Shown here: piece after piece, positions 1-9,583 of the stretch
Position numbering within the stretch: the stretch's first letter is position 1
Layout of the letters: every line of letters starts with the position of its first letter
Origin: Vicinamibacterales bacterium
GTDB lineage: Bacteria > Acidobacteriota > Vicinamibacteria > Vicinamibacterales > Fen-181
Reading direction: 5' to 3'
Length of the DNA: 64,000 nt
Assembly (NCBI GenBank): GCA_036504215.1
Contig: DASXVO010000016.1
Span: forward strand, 1-64,000
Notes under the pieces: model-generated
Seen by the model: the letters and a program-made list of their open reading frames with translations, nothing else
What the model was told of the DNA's origin: nothing
Databases searched by the model: none
Program-made: the position numbers and the translations under genes

Positions 1-1251
1 CCGGCCACGTGGCCGGAGATCGAAGGCCTGGCGTTCCGGAAGAACGGCCAGGTGTGCGCCACATCGCCCCGCCGTCTGATTCCCGACCTCGACCTCCTCC
101 CATTCCCGCTTCGAGACCCGAAGGCAGCCACGCACCGCGGCGTCGGCATCCGCTCGCTCGCGGCCAGCAGGGGCTGTTACTACGACTGCACGTTCTGCAG
201 CATCCACGAATTCTACCGGCGAGCTCCGGGAGCCATAAGGCGCACCCGCTCCCCCGAGAACGTCGTGCAGGAGATGGAGAGGCTCTTTTGCGAGTTCGGC
301 GTCAGGATCTTCATCTTCCAGGATGACGATTTCTTCGCGCGTGCCCCTCGCGATCGTCAATGGGCCGAGGGGTTCCTGGCGGCGCTCGAGGCCCGAAAGT
401 TGGCAGGCGAGATCGTCTGGCGCGTCTCGTGTCGCGTGGACGACCTGGACGCGCGGCTGCTGGGCGCGATGAAGGCAGCCGGACTGTCAGGAGTGTACGT
501 TGGTGTCGAGTCGGGGAGCGAGCGGGGGCTCGAGACGTTCAACAAGCACTACGCGCCCGACGACGTGGACGCCGCGCTGGCGCTCCTGCGAGACGTGGGA
601 CTGCCGTTCGAGTTCGGCTTCATGATGTTCGAGCCCTACAGCACCATGGAGTCGGTGCGGCAGAACATCGACTTCCTGAAGGGGGTCTGCCAGTACGGCG
701 ACCCCCTGGTCCACTTCTGCAAGATGTCACCTTATGCGGGCACCGCGATCGCGCGGCGACTGGCGGCCGAAGGAAGGCTCGAAGGCTCGATCGCCTGCCC
801 GGACTACCGGTTCCTCGACCCGCGCCTCGACCTCCTGCAGGCGTTCTACGCCCAGACCTTCAATTTCAGGAACTTCGACGAGCGGGGACTGGTCGAACGC
901 CTGAGATTCGCGAAGTTCGACTGTGGCGTCGTCGAAAGACTGTTCGCGGGTGCGTACGACGCGAAGGCCTATCGCGAAGCGGTGTCCCAACTGATCCGCG
1001 CGAGCAACCAATCGGCCGTGGAGACCATGGGGCTTGCGGCACGCATGATTGAGTCGCGTGATCTGGCGGACATCATCGATCACTGGGAGGTCCTCGAAGA
1101 CCTGTCCCGGGAAGAGCGGCTGGTCGAGAAGCGCGTGTCCGTGGCGCTGGATCGCCTGATGGTGGAGTACGGATTCGAAGCGTCACCCCGAGCGGATGCG
1201 CCACTGACGACGTGCTGGCCCCCGGCGGACTCGGCAGAGGAGTACGCGTGA
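1..1251 (+). CDS. B12-binding-domain radical SAM protein (5' end cut by window edge)
   Basis: CxxxCxxC radical SAM motif (CYYDCTFC) near the N-terminus of the 399-aa ORF. The same frame stays open back to nt 1 and reads EGLAFRKNGQV, as in the B12-binding/rSAM linker region. Confidence 0.6.
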   Translation, partial: PATWPEIEGLAFRKNGQVCATSPRRLIPDLDLLPFPLRDPKAATHRGVGIRSLAASRGCYYDCTFCSIHEFYRRAPGAIRRTRSPENVVQEMERLFCEFGVRIFIFQDDDFFARAPRDRQWAEGFLAALEARKLAGEIVWRVSCRVDDLDARLLGAMKAAGLSGVYVGVESGSERGLETFNKHYAPDDVDAALALLRDVGLPFEFGFMMFEPYSTMESVRQNIDFLKGVCQYGDPLVHFCKMSPYAGTAIARRLAAEGRLEGSIACPDYRFLDPRLDLLQAFYAQTFNFRNFDERGLVERLRFAKFDCGVVERLFAGAYDAKAYREAVSQLIRASNQSAVETMGLAARMIESRDLADIIDHWEVLEDLSREERLVEKRVSVALDRLMVEYGFEASPRADAPLTTCWPPADSAEEYA

Positions 1252-1291
1252 GGTGGGGGCGTTCGCGCGACCCGCGTGGTAGTGTTCAACG

Positions 1292-2761
1292 ATGCCGTTT
1301 GCCTTCGACACGGATCCTGCCTGCTGCGCCGCCGCCCTCGCACGGCTCGCCGCCATCGGGTTCGCGGAGCAGACCGTCCGTGACCGCCTCGGCCTGGAGG
1401 ACATCAACGACCTCCAGGCCAAGGCCCTTCCCATCTACCGTCAGGAGCAGATCCAGGAGCGGGATCTCCTGGCCTCCGCCATCGATCTGTTCCTCCTCCA
1501 GGGCCAGATCCCGTTTTCTGAGCTGGACAGACTGTTCGGCCCGCCGGAACAGGAAGCCCTGTTCAACGCCGGCATCCTGGCGCGAGACGGCGCACGGGTG
1601 CACGCCGAGGCCACCCTCTATCCCGTCGGCCAGAACCTGATCTTCTCGGACTATGCGTGGCCGCAGTTGCTGAAGGCCGGCTACTCCACCGTCGCCAGCG
1701 ATCAGGTCATGTATGTGGGCACCGACAGCCGATGGCTGGCCCGGGCCACGGTGCGCAAGCCTGTCGGCTCTGCCCTCGACCTCTGCTGTGGATCGGGAGT
1801 CCAGGCGCTCCTGGCGGCTTCCCATGCCGAACACGTCACGGCCGTGGACGTCAATCCACGAGCCGTCCGGTGCACGGCTTTCAATGCCAGGGCCTGGCGG
1901 CTGTCGAACCTCGAGGCCGTCCAGGGCGACCTCTATCAAGCGGTGCGCGACCGGCGGTTCGATCTCATCACGGCCAACCCGCCCTTCGTGCCGGCGCCCG
2001 CCCAGGAGGTGGGCTTCCGGGACGGGGGCCCCAGCGGCGAGGAGATTCAGCGACGCATCGTGGAAGGCCTTCCGCGGCATCTGGCCCAGGGAGGCATCGC
2101 CCAGATCGTCACGGAACTCGGAGAGCGCGATGAGGAACCGCTCGAGCGTCGCCTTCGCGAATGGCTGGACGGCGCTCCGATGGACATCCACATCCTGCGC
2201 CTGCGCCTCCACTCCGCCAAGGTCTACGCCATCGGGCACGCCGACGGGGACGATCACACGGCCATCCTGAACTCGGTGGGACGATGGGCCGCCAACCTCG
2301 AGGTTCAACGCTACCGCTCGGTCCGGTCCGTGCTCCTGGCCTTCCAGTGGAGCAAGACCCCCTGGTGCAGGGTCGACGACGCTCTGCCCCCTCAACGCGA
2401 TGCGGGAGCGGAAGTGGAAGAAGTCTGGTTGGCCGAACGCCTCTCCAGGAGTTCCGAGCTGCGGACCGGCCTGCGGACGGGGCGGGTCGAGCGCACGGGC
2501 CCCATCGCCCTCCTGGAAGCCCGGGCCCTGGGCGTCCAGACGCCCCCCACGGTTCAAGCGCGCCTGGCCGGGCAGGCGATGCCGGTGGAGCACGCGTTGG
2601 ACCTCGTGGAGCGGGATCTTCTCACGTGCCTCGACCAACCCGTGGCCACCGCCGATCTCGTCGCCGCCGCCGACCGGGCTGCCCTGTCCGAAGCAACCGT
2701 GCTGGACGCCCTCGTCTCCCTGGTGCGGAAAGGCCTCATCAGGCTGTCGTCCTCTGCGTGA
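1292..2761 (+). CDS. Class I SAM-dependent methyltransferase, HemK/PrmC-like, with extra N- and C-terminal domains
   Basis: 489-aa ORF. Motif I LDLCCGSGVQ and the catalytic ITANPPF (NPPF/NPPY) motif of N5-glutamine/N6-adenine-type methyltransferases sit centrally. About 130 aa of N-terminal and 170 aa of C-terminal sequence have unknown function. Confidence 0.6.
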   Translation: MPFAFDTDPACCAAALARLAAIGFAEQTVRDRLGLEDINDLQAKALPIYRQEQIQERDLLASAIDLFLLQGQIPFSELDRLFGPPEQEALFNAGILARDGARVHAEATLYPVGQNLIFSDYAWPQLLKAGYSTVASDQVMYVGTDSRWLARATVRKPVGSALDLCCGSGVQALLAASHAEHVTAVDVNPRAVRCTAFNARAWRLSNLEAVQGDLYQAVRDRRFDLITANPPFVPAPAQEVGFRDGGPSGEEIQRRIVEGLPRHLAQGGIAQIVTELGERDEEPLERRLREWLDGAPMDIHILRLRLHSAKVYAIGHADGDDHTAILNSVGRWAANLEVQRYRSVRSVLLAFQWSKTPWCRVDDALPPQRDAGAEVEEVWLAERLSRSSELRTGLRTGRVERTGPIALLEARALGVQTPPTVQARLAGQAMPVEHALDLVERDLLTCLDQPVATADLVAAADRAALSEATVLDALVSLVRKGLIRLSSSA

Positions 2762-2931
2762 CAGGTGAGTCTCGATCGCGATGGCGAGCGACGGCCTCGA
2801 AGCCGCACGCCGCGCCAGTTCGATGATACGCTGTCACCATCTGCCGGCGGCAGCGGTACGACGACCACCCGGAGCCTTCCGCGCGGCACGTTGGCTCGAA
2901 ACAACGCGTTATGCCCCCCAGGAGACGGTCG

Positions 2932-3756
2932 ATGGCGAACACTCGGTTCGTGGTGGCACTCGCGGGCGCCCTGTTGGTCGGCCTGACAGCCACCTCGTCG
3001 GCACAGCAGGCCGATGCGGCGAATTGCAAGGACCATCCAATGTTCTCGCGGATGAAGAACTTCGTCATCAACGAGTGCAAGACGGCCTTCGACGAACAGG
3101 AGGTCTACCTCGCCGAAGGCTCGAAGACGGTCGAGGGCCGGAAGACCGGGATCTCGTACTCCCTCGTCGAGGGCACCCAGATGCCGAGCCCACTGCAGAT
3201 CCGGCGCAACTACGGCAACGCGGCCAAGACCCTCGGCGGGACGGTGCTCTACGATCAGGATCGCCACCTGACGGCCAGGGTCGTGACGAAAGCCGGCAAG
3301 GAAGTCTGGCTGCGCGTCGAAGCGTTCAACGAGGGCCGGGACTACACGGTGGATGTGATCGAAGTGGAGGCGATGACGCAGGAGGTGGCGGCGAGCGACA
3401 TGCTCGACGCGCTCAACAAGAATGGCTTCATCGCGCTGTACATCAATTTCGACACCGGCAAGGCGGACATCAAGCCGGAGTCGCAGGCCACGATCGCGCA
3501 GATCGTCACGCTGCTGAAGGACAACCCGGCGCTGAGGGTCAGCGTCGAAGGCCACACGGACAACGTCGGCACGGCGGCCGGCAACAAGACGCTGAGCGAA
3601 CAGCGCGCGAAGTCCGTGGTGGCGGCCGTCGTCAAGGGCGGGATCGCGGCAGGCCGGCTCGGTGCCGTGGGCTGGGGGCAGGAGAAGCCTGTAGCGGACA
3701 ATCGCAGTGAAGAGGGCCGCGGGAAGAACCGCCGCGTCGAAATCGTGAAGAAATAG
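2932..3756 (+). CDS. OmpA-family outer membrane / peptidoglycan-associated protein
   Basis: Signal peptide MANTRFVVALAGALLVGLTATSSAQQ. C-terminal OmpA-like domain (NFDTGKADIKPES...LSEQRAKSV...RRVEIV). AGGAGA RBS before the ATG at 2932. Confidence 0.7.
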   Translation: MANTRFVVALAGALLVGLTATSSAQQADAANCKDHPMFSRMKNFVINECKTAFDEQEVYLAEGSKTVEGRKTGISYSLVEGTQMPSPLQIRRNYGNAAKTLGGTVLYDQDRHLTARVVTKAGKEVWLRVEAFNEGRDYTVDVIEVEAMTQEVAASDMLDALNKNGFIALYINFDTGKADIKPESQATIAQIVTLLKDNPALRVSVEGHTDNVGTAAGNKTLSEQRAKSVVAAVVKGGIAAGRLGAVGWGQEKPVADNRSEEGRGKNRRVEIVKK

Positions 3757-3769
3757 CCTTCGCCTGAGG

Positions 3770-4534
3770 ATGCAGCCGCCCACTCTCGTGCTCGTCGTGC
3801 CGTGCTACCAGGAAGCCGCCAGGCTGCGCGCGCCGGCGTTTCTCGATTTCAGCGCGAGCCATCCGAACGTCTCCCTGCTCTTCGTGGACGACGGGAGCAC
3901 CGACGAGACGTGGGCGGCGCTGCAGCGCATCGTGAGTGTCGCGCCAGACCGGATCGCCGCGATCCGGCTCGAGTCCAATCGCGGCAAGGCCGAGGCCGTC
4001 CGGGTCGGCACGATCGAGGCGATTGCCCGGCGGCCGACGCTGGTGGGCTTCTGGGACGCGGACCTCGCCACGCCGCTCGACGCGGTGGACGACTTTCTCG
4101 CGGTGACCGCAACCCGCCCGGACATCGAGATCGTCCTGGGGTCGCGCGTGATGCTCATGGGGCGGACCATCGCGCGAACGACGCTTCGTCACTACCTCGG
4201 ACGCGTGTTCGCGACGGCCGCCTCCCTCTCGCTCGACCTTCCCGTCTACGACACCCAGTGCGGCGCCAAGGTATTTCGCGCCACCGACGCGGTCGCCGGC
4301 CTGTTCGCCACACCGTTCAAGAGCACGTGGACGTTCGATGTCGAGCTCCTCGCGCGCTATCTGAACACCCCGGCGGAGGACGGACGCCCCATCCGCCAGG
4401 CGCGCATCTACGAACTGACGCTACGGACCTGGCACGACATCCCGCGATCGAAGCTTCGCCTGGCGGACGGCGTCCGGTCGATGATCGAACTGATGGCAAT
4501 CTGGCGCGCCCGCCGCGCTGGCCGGGCCGCCTGA
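3770..4534 (+). CDS. GT2 glycosyltransferase, polyprenyl-phosphate sugar synthase (DPM1/GtrB-like)
   Basis: VLVVPCYQEA...LLFVDDGSTDET...ESNRGKAEA...DADL...TQCGAKVF motifs typical of dolichyl/undecaprenyl-phosphate glycosyltransferases. 254 aa with a GAGG RBS. Confidence 0.7.
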   Translation: MQPPTLVLVVPCYQEAARLRAPAFLDFSASHPNVSLLFVDDGSTDETWAALQRIVSVAPDRIAAIRLESNRGKAEAVRVGTIEAIARRPTLVGFWDADLATPLDAVDDFLAVTATRPDIEIVLGSRVMLMGRTIARTTLRHYLGRVFATAASLSLDLPVYDTQCGAKVFRATDAVAGLFATPFKSTWTFDVELLARYLNTPAEDGRPIRQARIYELTLRTWHDIPRSKLRLADGVRSMIELMAIWRARRAGRAA

Positions 4535-4651
4535 TACTGCCAAATACCGCCTCCGCTTTCCCCCTGGTTCGCCGTAGAATCGTCCTGCCATCGGTGACCG
4601 CACACAGGTGTCGGACTTGCCGCAGGTGGAGGTGCCGTGAGAACAGGAACC

Positions 4652-5425
4652 ATGATGACCATTCTGGCTGCGACCGCGATTGGACTTCTCGCCGTAGCCG
4701 CGTCTGCCCAGACGAACCGACGGCTCGACGAGCTTCGCAAGTGGGCGGTCCACGACGAAACGCGCCCGATGCCCCCGGTGGTCGATCCGGGACCCGCCGG
4801 CGGCCCTGGCCCCGTGCCCGCGGACGCGATCGTCCTGTTCGACGGCCGCGACACCTCAGGGTGGACGACGGCGAACGGGACACCGGCCACCTGGCTCGTG
4901 CGCGACGGCTACATGGAGGTCGTCAAGAAGTCGGGGTCGATCCGCACGAAGCGTGGGTTCGGCGATTGCCAACTCCACGTGGAGTGGGCCGCTCCCGCGG
5001 CAGCAATCGGCACGGGGCAGGATCGGGGCAACAGCGGCGTATTCCTGATGGACACGTACGAGGTCCAGGTCCTCGACTCCTACGATAGTAAAACGTACGC
5101 GGACGGCATGGTGGCCGCCATCTACGGGCAATACCCACCGCTCGTCAATGCCAGCCGGAAGCCGGGCGAATGGCAGACCTACGACATCGTGTTTCACGCC
5201 CCGCGCTTCGACGGCAGCGGCGCGCTGCAATCGCCGGCTCGCATGACGGTCTTGCACAACGGCATCCTCGTCCAGGACAACGAAGAGCTGACCGGCCCGA
5301 CGGCGCACAAGGCGCGTCCTCCCTACAAGGCGCACGCGGACAGACTGCCGATCTCGCTTCAGGACCACAGCCACCCCGTCCGCTACCGGAACATCTGGAT
5401 ACGGGAACTGGACGGAGGGCGGTAA
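4652..5425 (+). CDS. DUF1080 (3-keto-disaccharide hydrolase / LamG-like) secreted protein
   Basis: Signal peptide [20 protein letters not shown]. Conserved C-terminal block [19 protein letters not shown] characteristic of PF06439. The track ORF begins at a GTG at 4637; the first ATG is 4652. Confidence 0.6.
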   Translation: MMTILAATAIGLLAVAASAQTNRRLDELRKWAVHDETRPMPPVVDPGPAGGPGPVPADAIVLFDGRDTSGWTTANGTPATWLVRDGYMEVVKKSGSIRTKRGFGDCQLHVEWAAPAAAIGTGQDRGNSGVFLMDTYEVQVLDSYDSKTYADGMVAAIYGQYPPLVNASRKPGEWQTYDIVFHAPRFDGSGALQSPARMTVLHNGILVQDNEELTGPTAHKARPPYKAHADRLPISLQDHSHPVRYRNIWIRELDGGR

Positions 5426-5508
5426 GGCAGGATCCGGGGGCCAGGACTGTAAGTACTGGGGGTCAGCGGATCCGGGATCGCGGGTCTGGGGTCGATGCGG
5501 AGCAACCC

Positions 5509-6327
5509 ATGAAGGCACATTCCGTCGTGCGGCGTTCGGCGATCGTCGTGTCCCTGCTCGCCGCCGGCTTGCTCATAATGGGAGCCGCCGCACCTGCGCA
5601 GAATCCCCTGCCAAAGAAGAAGGTGCTCATCGTATGGGGCGGATGGGAGGGCCACGAACCAAAGCAGTGCGTGGACCTCTTCGCTCCCTGGCTGGCCGAA
5701 CAGGGCTTCGACGTCGAGATCTCGCACTCGCTCGATTCGTACAGTGACGCGGCGAAGATGAAGGGCCTCGCACTCATCGTGCAGGCGGTCACGATGGGAC
5801 AGCTCGCGGCTGAACAGCAGAAGGGCCTGCTCGATGCCGTCCGTGGCGGCGTCGGCATCGCCGGCTGGCACGGGGGACTGGCGGATTCCTTCCGCGCCAA
5901 CCCCGACTACCAGTTCATGATCGGCGGCGCGTGGGCGGCTCATCCGGGCGGGATCGTCGACTTCGCCGTCAACGTGACGAAGCGCCAAGACCCCATCGTG
6001 AAAGGCCTGGCAGATTTCCGGATGCACTCCGAGCAGTACTACATGCTCGTCGATCCGAACGTGGAGGTTGTCGCGACGACCACGTTCGGCGGGAAAGCCG
6101 CGGAGGCCGCGCCGTGGATCACCGGCGCCGTGATGCCGGTCGTCTGGAAGAAGCTGTATGGCCAGGGCCGAGTCTTCAACACGACGCTCGGACATTCCGC
6201 AGCCGACTTCAACGTGCCCGAGGCACGCGAGATCGTCAAGCGCGGGCTGCTCTGGGCTGCGCGGATGCCGGGCGCCGGCGACGATCCGCAACCCACGAAC
6301 CCGTATCGTCTCGAGGTCAGAAAGTGA
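5509..6327 (+). CDS. ThuA-like (trehalose utilisation / type-1 glutamine-amidotransferase-like fold) protein, secreted
   Basis: Signal peptide [31 protein letters not shown] followed by a ThuA domain ([15 protein letters not shown]...GIAGWHGG...TTLGH). The track ORF (5170..) carries a 113-codon GC-rich spurious extension. Confidence 0.6.
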   Translation: MKAHSVVRRSAIVVSLLAAGLLIMGAAAPAQNPLPKKKVLIVWGGWEGHEPKQCVDLFAPWLAEQGFDVEISHSLDSYSDAAKMKGLALIVQAVTMGQLAAEQQKGLLDAVRGGVGIAGWHGGLADSFRANPDYQFMIGGAWAAHPGGIVDFAVNVTKRQDPIVKGLADFRMHSEQYYMLVDPNVEVVATTTFGGKAAEAAPWITGAVMPVVWKKLYGQGRVFNTTLGHSAADFNVPEAREIVKRGLLWAARMPGAGDDPQPTNPYRLEVRK

Positions 6328-7879
6328 GCCCCTGCCGCTTCACGAGAAACCGATCCCACAGCGATCGCTCGATGTAGACCGTCAGCAGCACGCCGGGCCG
6401 CAGGCCGTAGAACTCCGATACGTACCGCTCCCCGAGGGCGGCGTCGATCACGGCGGCATGGGCCTGTGACGCCACGATGACCGGGGCGCCGGCGAGCGGT
6501 TCCGCGTCGGCCGCCCGCGTCCAGTAACCGACACGTGCCATGCCACGCAGGTACCAGGGCAGCGGCCACTGCTCGTAGGGACCAGCGATCACCTCAATCA
6601 ACATCCGCTGCCGCTCGGGATGAAGAGCGGCCAGGTCGGTGACCCGCTGCACCAGGCGGAGGAAGTCGGGGCTCGTCTGGGCGTAGGCGTACGGATTCCG
6701 CGGGTCCGCCGGATACCGGAAGTTGGCGTGCCAGTCCTGGAGCGCCAGATGGCAGGTGGCGGCCAGGAACACCACGATGATGAGGCTCCGCAGGCCCCGT
6801 GTTTGTACGGTCCCGAGGATGGCGGTTGCGCCGTATCCGGCCATCGCGACGAGACCGACATAGAAGGGCAAGACGTTCCACGGCGTCTTGTAGGGAATCG
6901 CGGAGAACGCGAGCGCGGTGATCCACGAGTACAGGCAGATGTACCGAGGCCAGAACCGTCCGTGCACGTCGTTTCTGAACGCGAAGATGGAGCCGGCGAT
7001 CGCGAGAAGCAGGACCAGCGCCTCGGTCCAGACCAGGCCCCCCGACGCTGCGAACCAAAGCAGACGCAGGTAATAGTCCGACGGCTCGGCGTGCGATCCC
7101 GCGCCAAGCCCGCGATCCGCGTAGATGGAGAACGCTCGAATGGATTCGAGGAGCCCGGCGGGATGTCGAAGCAGCGACGAGTACAACACGAGAGCGATCG
7201 CTAGCGCCGCCGCGCATCCCAGTGCGAAGTGCGCGAGGCGCTTCCCCGGTGTGACGCCGGCTGTTCCGATTGCCGCACCCGTTCCAGCAGTCGCGGCCCG
7301 CGCCACCGCGCACGATACGAGCGCGGTGGCGAAGACGATGACCGAGGTCTCCTTGGTCGCATACGCCAGGCCGGCGAAGACTCCCGCGGCCGCGGCCCAT
7401 CCGGCACGGCCTCGCTCCGCACAGCGCCCAACCGCGATCAGAAACGCGACCGCGAAGAACGCCAACAGCGATTCCTGGATGTAGTAGCGGCTGTAGTAGG
7501 TCAGGACGGGCGAGACCGCGACCAGTACGGCGCTCGTTGCCACACTTCCGCGCCCGAGCGGTGCGGCCAGGAGCGGCAGCAGCAGGATCACTCCGGCGCC
7601 AAAGAGGGCCGGCACGAGCCTGAGCGTGCGCTCGTCGAGCGAGGCCAGCGTCGTCTGGCCGCGTGCCCATGCGACTGGCAGCGTGAGGTAGTACAGCGAC
7701 GGGCCGTGATGATCGTTCCGGTCGTACCGATACTCGCCGGTCTCGAGCAGCGTGCCGAACTTGACGGCCTGGTTGGCCTCGTCATGGTGCATCGGCCGTG
7801 CGTCCGGCCAGGCCAGGCGGAACGCCAGCGCGAGGGCCACCGCGGCCGTCAGCACGACCCAGAATCGAAGCCTGCTCAT
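6317..7879 (-). CDS. GT-C fold membrane glycosyltransferase (ArnT/PMT GT39-like; TIGR03663-like family)
   Basis: 520 aa with at least 10 predicted TM helices. A DE motif (PMHHDEANQ) lies in the first extracytoplasmic loop, as in ArnT/PMT. The start ATG overlaps the stop of the upstream discoidin gene (ATGA). Confidence 0.55.
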   Translation of the reverse strand: MSRLRFWVVLTAAVALALAFRLAWPDARPMHHDEANQAVKFGTLLETGEYRYDRNDHHGPSLYYLTLPVAWARGQTTLASLDERTLRLVPALFGAGVILLLPLLAAPLGRGSVATSAVLVAVSPVLTYYSRYYIQESLLAFFAVAFLIAVGRCAERGRAGWAAAAGVFAGLAYATKETSVIVFATALVSCAVARAATAGTGAAIGTAGVTPGKRLAHFALGCAAALAIALVLYSSLLRHPAGLLESIRAFSIYADRGLGAGSHAEPSDYYLRLLWFAASGGLVWTEALVLLLAIAGSIFAFRNDVHGRFWPRYICLYSWITALAFSAIPYKTPWNVLPFYVGLVAMAGYGATAILGTVQTRGLRSLIIVVFLAATCHLALQDWHANFRYPADPRNPYAYAQTSPDFLRLVQRVTDLAALHPERQRMLIEVIAGPYEQWPLPWYLRGMARVGYWTRAADAEPLAGAPVIVASQAHAAVIDAALGERYVSEFYGLRPGVLLTVYIERSLWDRFLVKRQGLTF

Positions 7880-8550
7880 GAGAGCGGCGTGCCGTACACC
7901 TCCACCTCGACGTAGTGGTTCAAGTCGTTCGTCGTGTTGCCGCTCGAGTAGAACCGGACGTACCGGCCCCTGGCCCCCTTCGGATCGAAGAGGCGGCCCT
8001 CGCTCGTCTCGATGTACTCCTTGTTGCGGCCGACGCCGAGACCGGACGTGTTGTCATGGTCGTTGTTGAAGACCGTGGTCACGCCCTTGAGGAAGTCCTT
8101 GTCGTCGGACACCTGGACGACGACATCCCGATAGACACGTGCCTGGCTGTGGTAGTGCCAGGCCAGGATGGCGTGGAGCGCGCAGGACGCGCCGAGGTCG
8201 ATCTGAATCCACTGCTTGCCCGGCCCCAGCTCGACGAAATAGCCGTCGCCGCCGTCCTTCTCGCCGTCGGTCACCATGCTGAGCTCGCCGATGACCGGCT
8301 GCATGTCGCTCGACTTCACGGGCCGGTTGAGCGAGAGGAGCTTCGTCCCTTTCGGCACGTAGAAGGGCTCCCGCGGCTTGCCGGTCACCACCTCGAGGTT
8401 CGCGCTCTTGATGTTCGTCGGCGTCCCGATGAACATCGGTTTGGGCAGCTGCAGCTTCAGCTCTTCCTTGTCGGGTGCCGCCTGCCGGGCAGCGAGCGGC
8501 ACGAGCAGGAGACCGAAGAGCGCCGCGAACGCCAGGATGTGCTTGTTCAC
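7876..8550 (-). CDS. Small secreted discoidin (F5/8 type C)-like domain protein
   Basis: GTG start preceded by GGTGAGGA. Signal peptide (VNKHILAFAALFGLLLVPLAA). C-terminal beta-sandwich-like block GYFVELGPGKQWIQIDLG...RYVRFY...YVEVEVYG. Confidence 0.45.
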   Translation of the reverse strand: MNKHILAFAALFGLLLVPLAARQAAPDKEELKLQLPKPMFIGTPTNIKSANLEVVTGKPREPFYVPKGTKLLSLNRPVKSSDMQPVIGELSMVTDGEKDGGDGYFVELGPGKQWIQIDLGASCALHAILAWHYHSQARVYRDVVVQVSDDKDFLKGVTTVFNNDHDNTSGLGVGRNKEYIETSEGRLFDPKGARGRYVRFYSSGNTTNDLNHYVEVEVYGTPLS

Positions 8551-8558
8551 CGTTGTCC

Positions 8559-9548
8559 TCACCGTTTCATGTCCTTGTCGAAGGCGACGTCGGACGGTGC
8601 GAAGTTGATCCCGCGCACGAAGTCCAGCGACTCGCGCGCGCCGAACTCGCGGTCCATGCCGTTGTCCTCCCACTCGACCGACAGCGGCCCGGCGTAGCCG
8701 GCGGCGTTGAGTTCGCGGATGATCTCTTCGAAGTTGACGTCGCCGTGGCCGAGTGACCGGAAGTTCCACCCGCGCCGCAGGTCGCCGAACGGCAGGTGCG
8801 AGCCGAGGATGCCGGCCCGGCCGTCGAGCGTCACGCCGACATCCTTCATGTGTACGTGATAGACCCTCGACGCGAACGCGCGGATGAAGAGCTGCGGCTC
8901 GAGCCCCTGCCACACGAGGTGGCTCGGATCGAAGTTGAATCCGAGCGTGGGCCTGTCGTCGAACTTCCGCACGAGGCGTTCGGCGGTGTAGAAGTCGAAT
9001 GCAATCTCCGTCGGGTGGACCTCGAGGGCGAACCGCACGGCACGCCGATCGAACTCGTCGAGCAGCGGCGTCCAGAGTCCGTGAATCTCCTCGAACGCCG
9101 CCTCCACCATCTCTTCGGTCGTCGGCGGGAACGCGTACCAGGCGTGCCAGATCGGCGATCCCATGAACCCCGTCACCACGTGGCACCCCATCGCCTCGGC
9201 CGCGCGCGCAGTGGCCACCATCTCCTCGGACGCCCACCGACGAAGCGCCTCGGGCTTCCCTCTCGTGTCGGCCGGTGCGAACGCCATCAACCGCTCGTCG
9301 TAGCGATCGCCGACGCACTGCCCCGCCAGGTGCGCGCCGAGCGCCCAGCACCCGAGCTTGTGCCTCTCGAGAAGCCTGCGCTTCTCCCTCGCATAGGCCG
9401 GATCGGTCGCGGCCTTGCGGACGTCCATGTGGTCTCCCCAGCAGGCGATCTCCAGGCCGTCGTAGCCCCACGCCGAGGCCTTGCGGCAGATCTCCTCGAA
9501 CGGCAGGTCGGCCCACTGGCCGGTGAACAAGGTGACGGGTCTGCTCAT
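8559..9548 (-). CDS. Sugar phosphate isomerase/epimerase (xylose-isomerase-like TIM barrel), cytoplasmic
   Basis: AP_endonuc_2/TIM-barrel pattern (GYDGLEI...HVHMKD...EWED). No signal peptide. Start set at the internal ATG (MSRPVTLF); the track ORF has a 27-codon extension. Confidence 0.65.
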   Translation of the reverse strand: MSRPVTLFTGQWADLPFEEICRKASAWGYDGLEIACWGDHMDVRKAATDPAYAREKRRLLERHKLGCWALGAHLAGQCVGDRYDERLMAFAPADTRGKPEALRRWASEEMVATARAAEAMGCHVVTGFMGSPIWHAWYAFPPTTEEMVEAAFEEIHGLWTPLLDEFDRRAVRFALEVHPTEIAFDFYTAERLVRKFDDRPTLGFNFDPSHLVWQGLEPQLFIRAFASRVYHVHMKDVGVTLDGRAGILGSHLPFGDLRRGWNFRSLGHGDVNFEEIIRELNAAGYAGPLSVEWEDNGMDREFGARESLDFVRGINFAPSDVAFDKDMKR

Positions 9549-9583
9549 GCTGTGCTCCCAGGGCCTCCACCGAGGCCGGCGGT

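Noticed and set aside
5170-5508. N-terminal extensions of track ORFs (5170 for ThuA-like; likewise 22292 for tricorn, 34800 for the methyltransferase, 19358 for ApbE, 13400 for HEAT)
   Set aside because: Each extension is low-complexity, overlaps the neighbouring gene and precedes a clear signal peptide or conserved N-terminus at an internal ATG or GTG. They are GC-rich read-through artefacts of stop-to-stop ORF calling.
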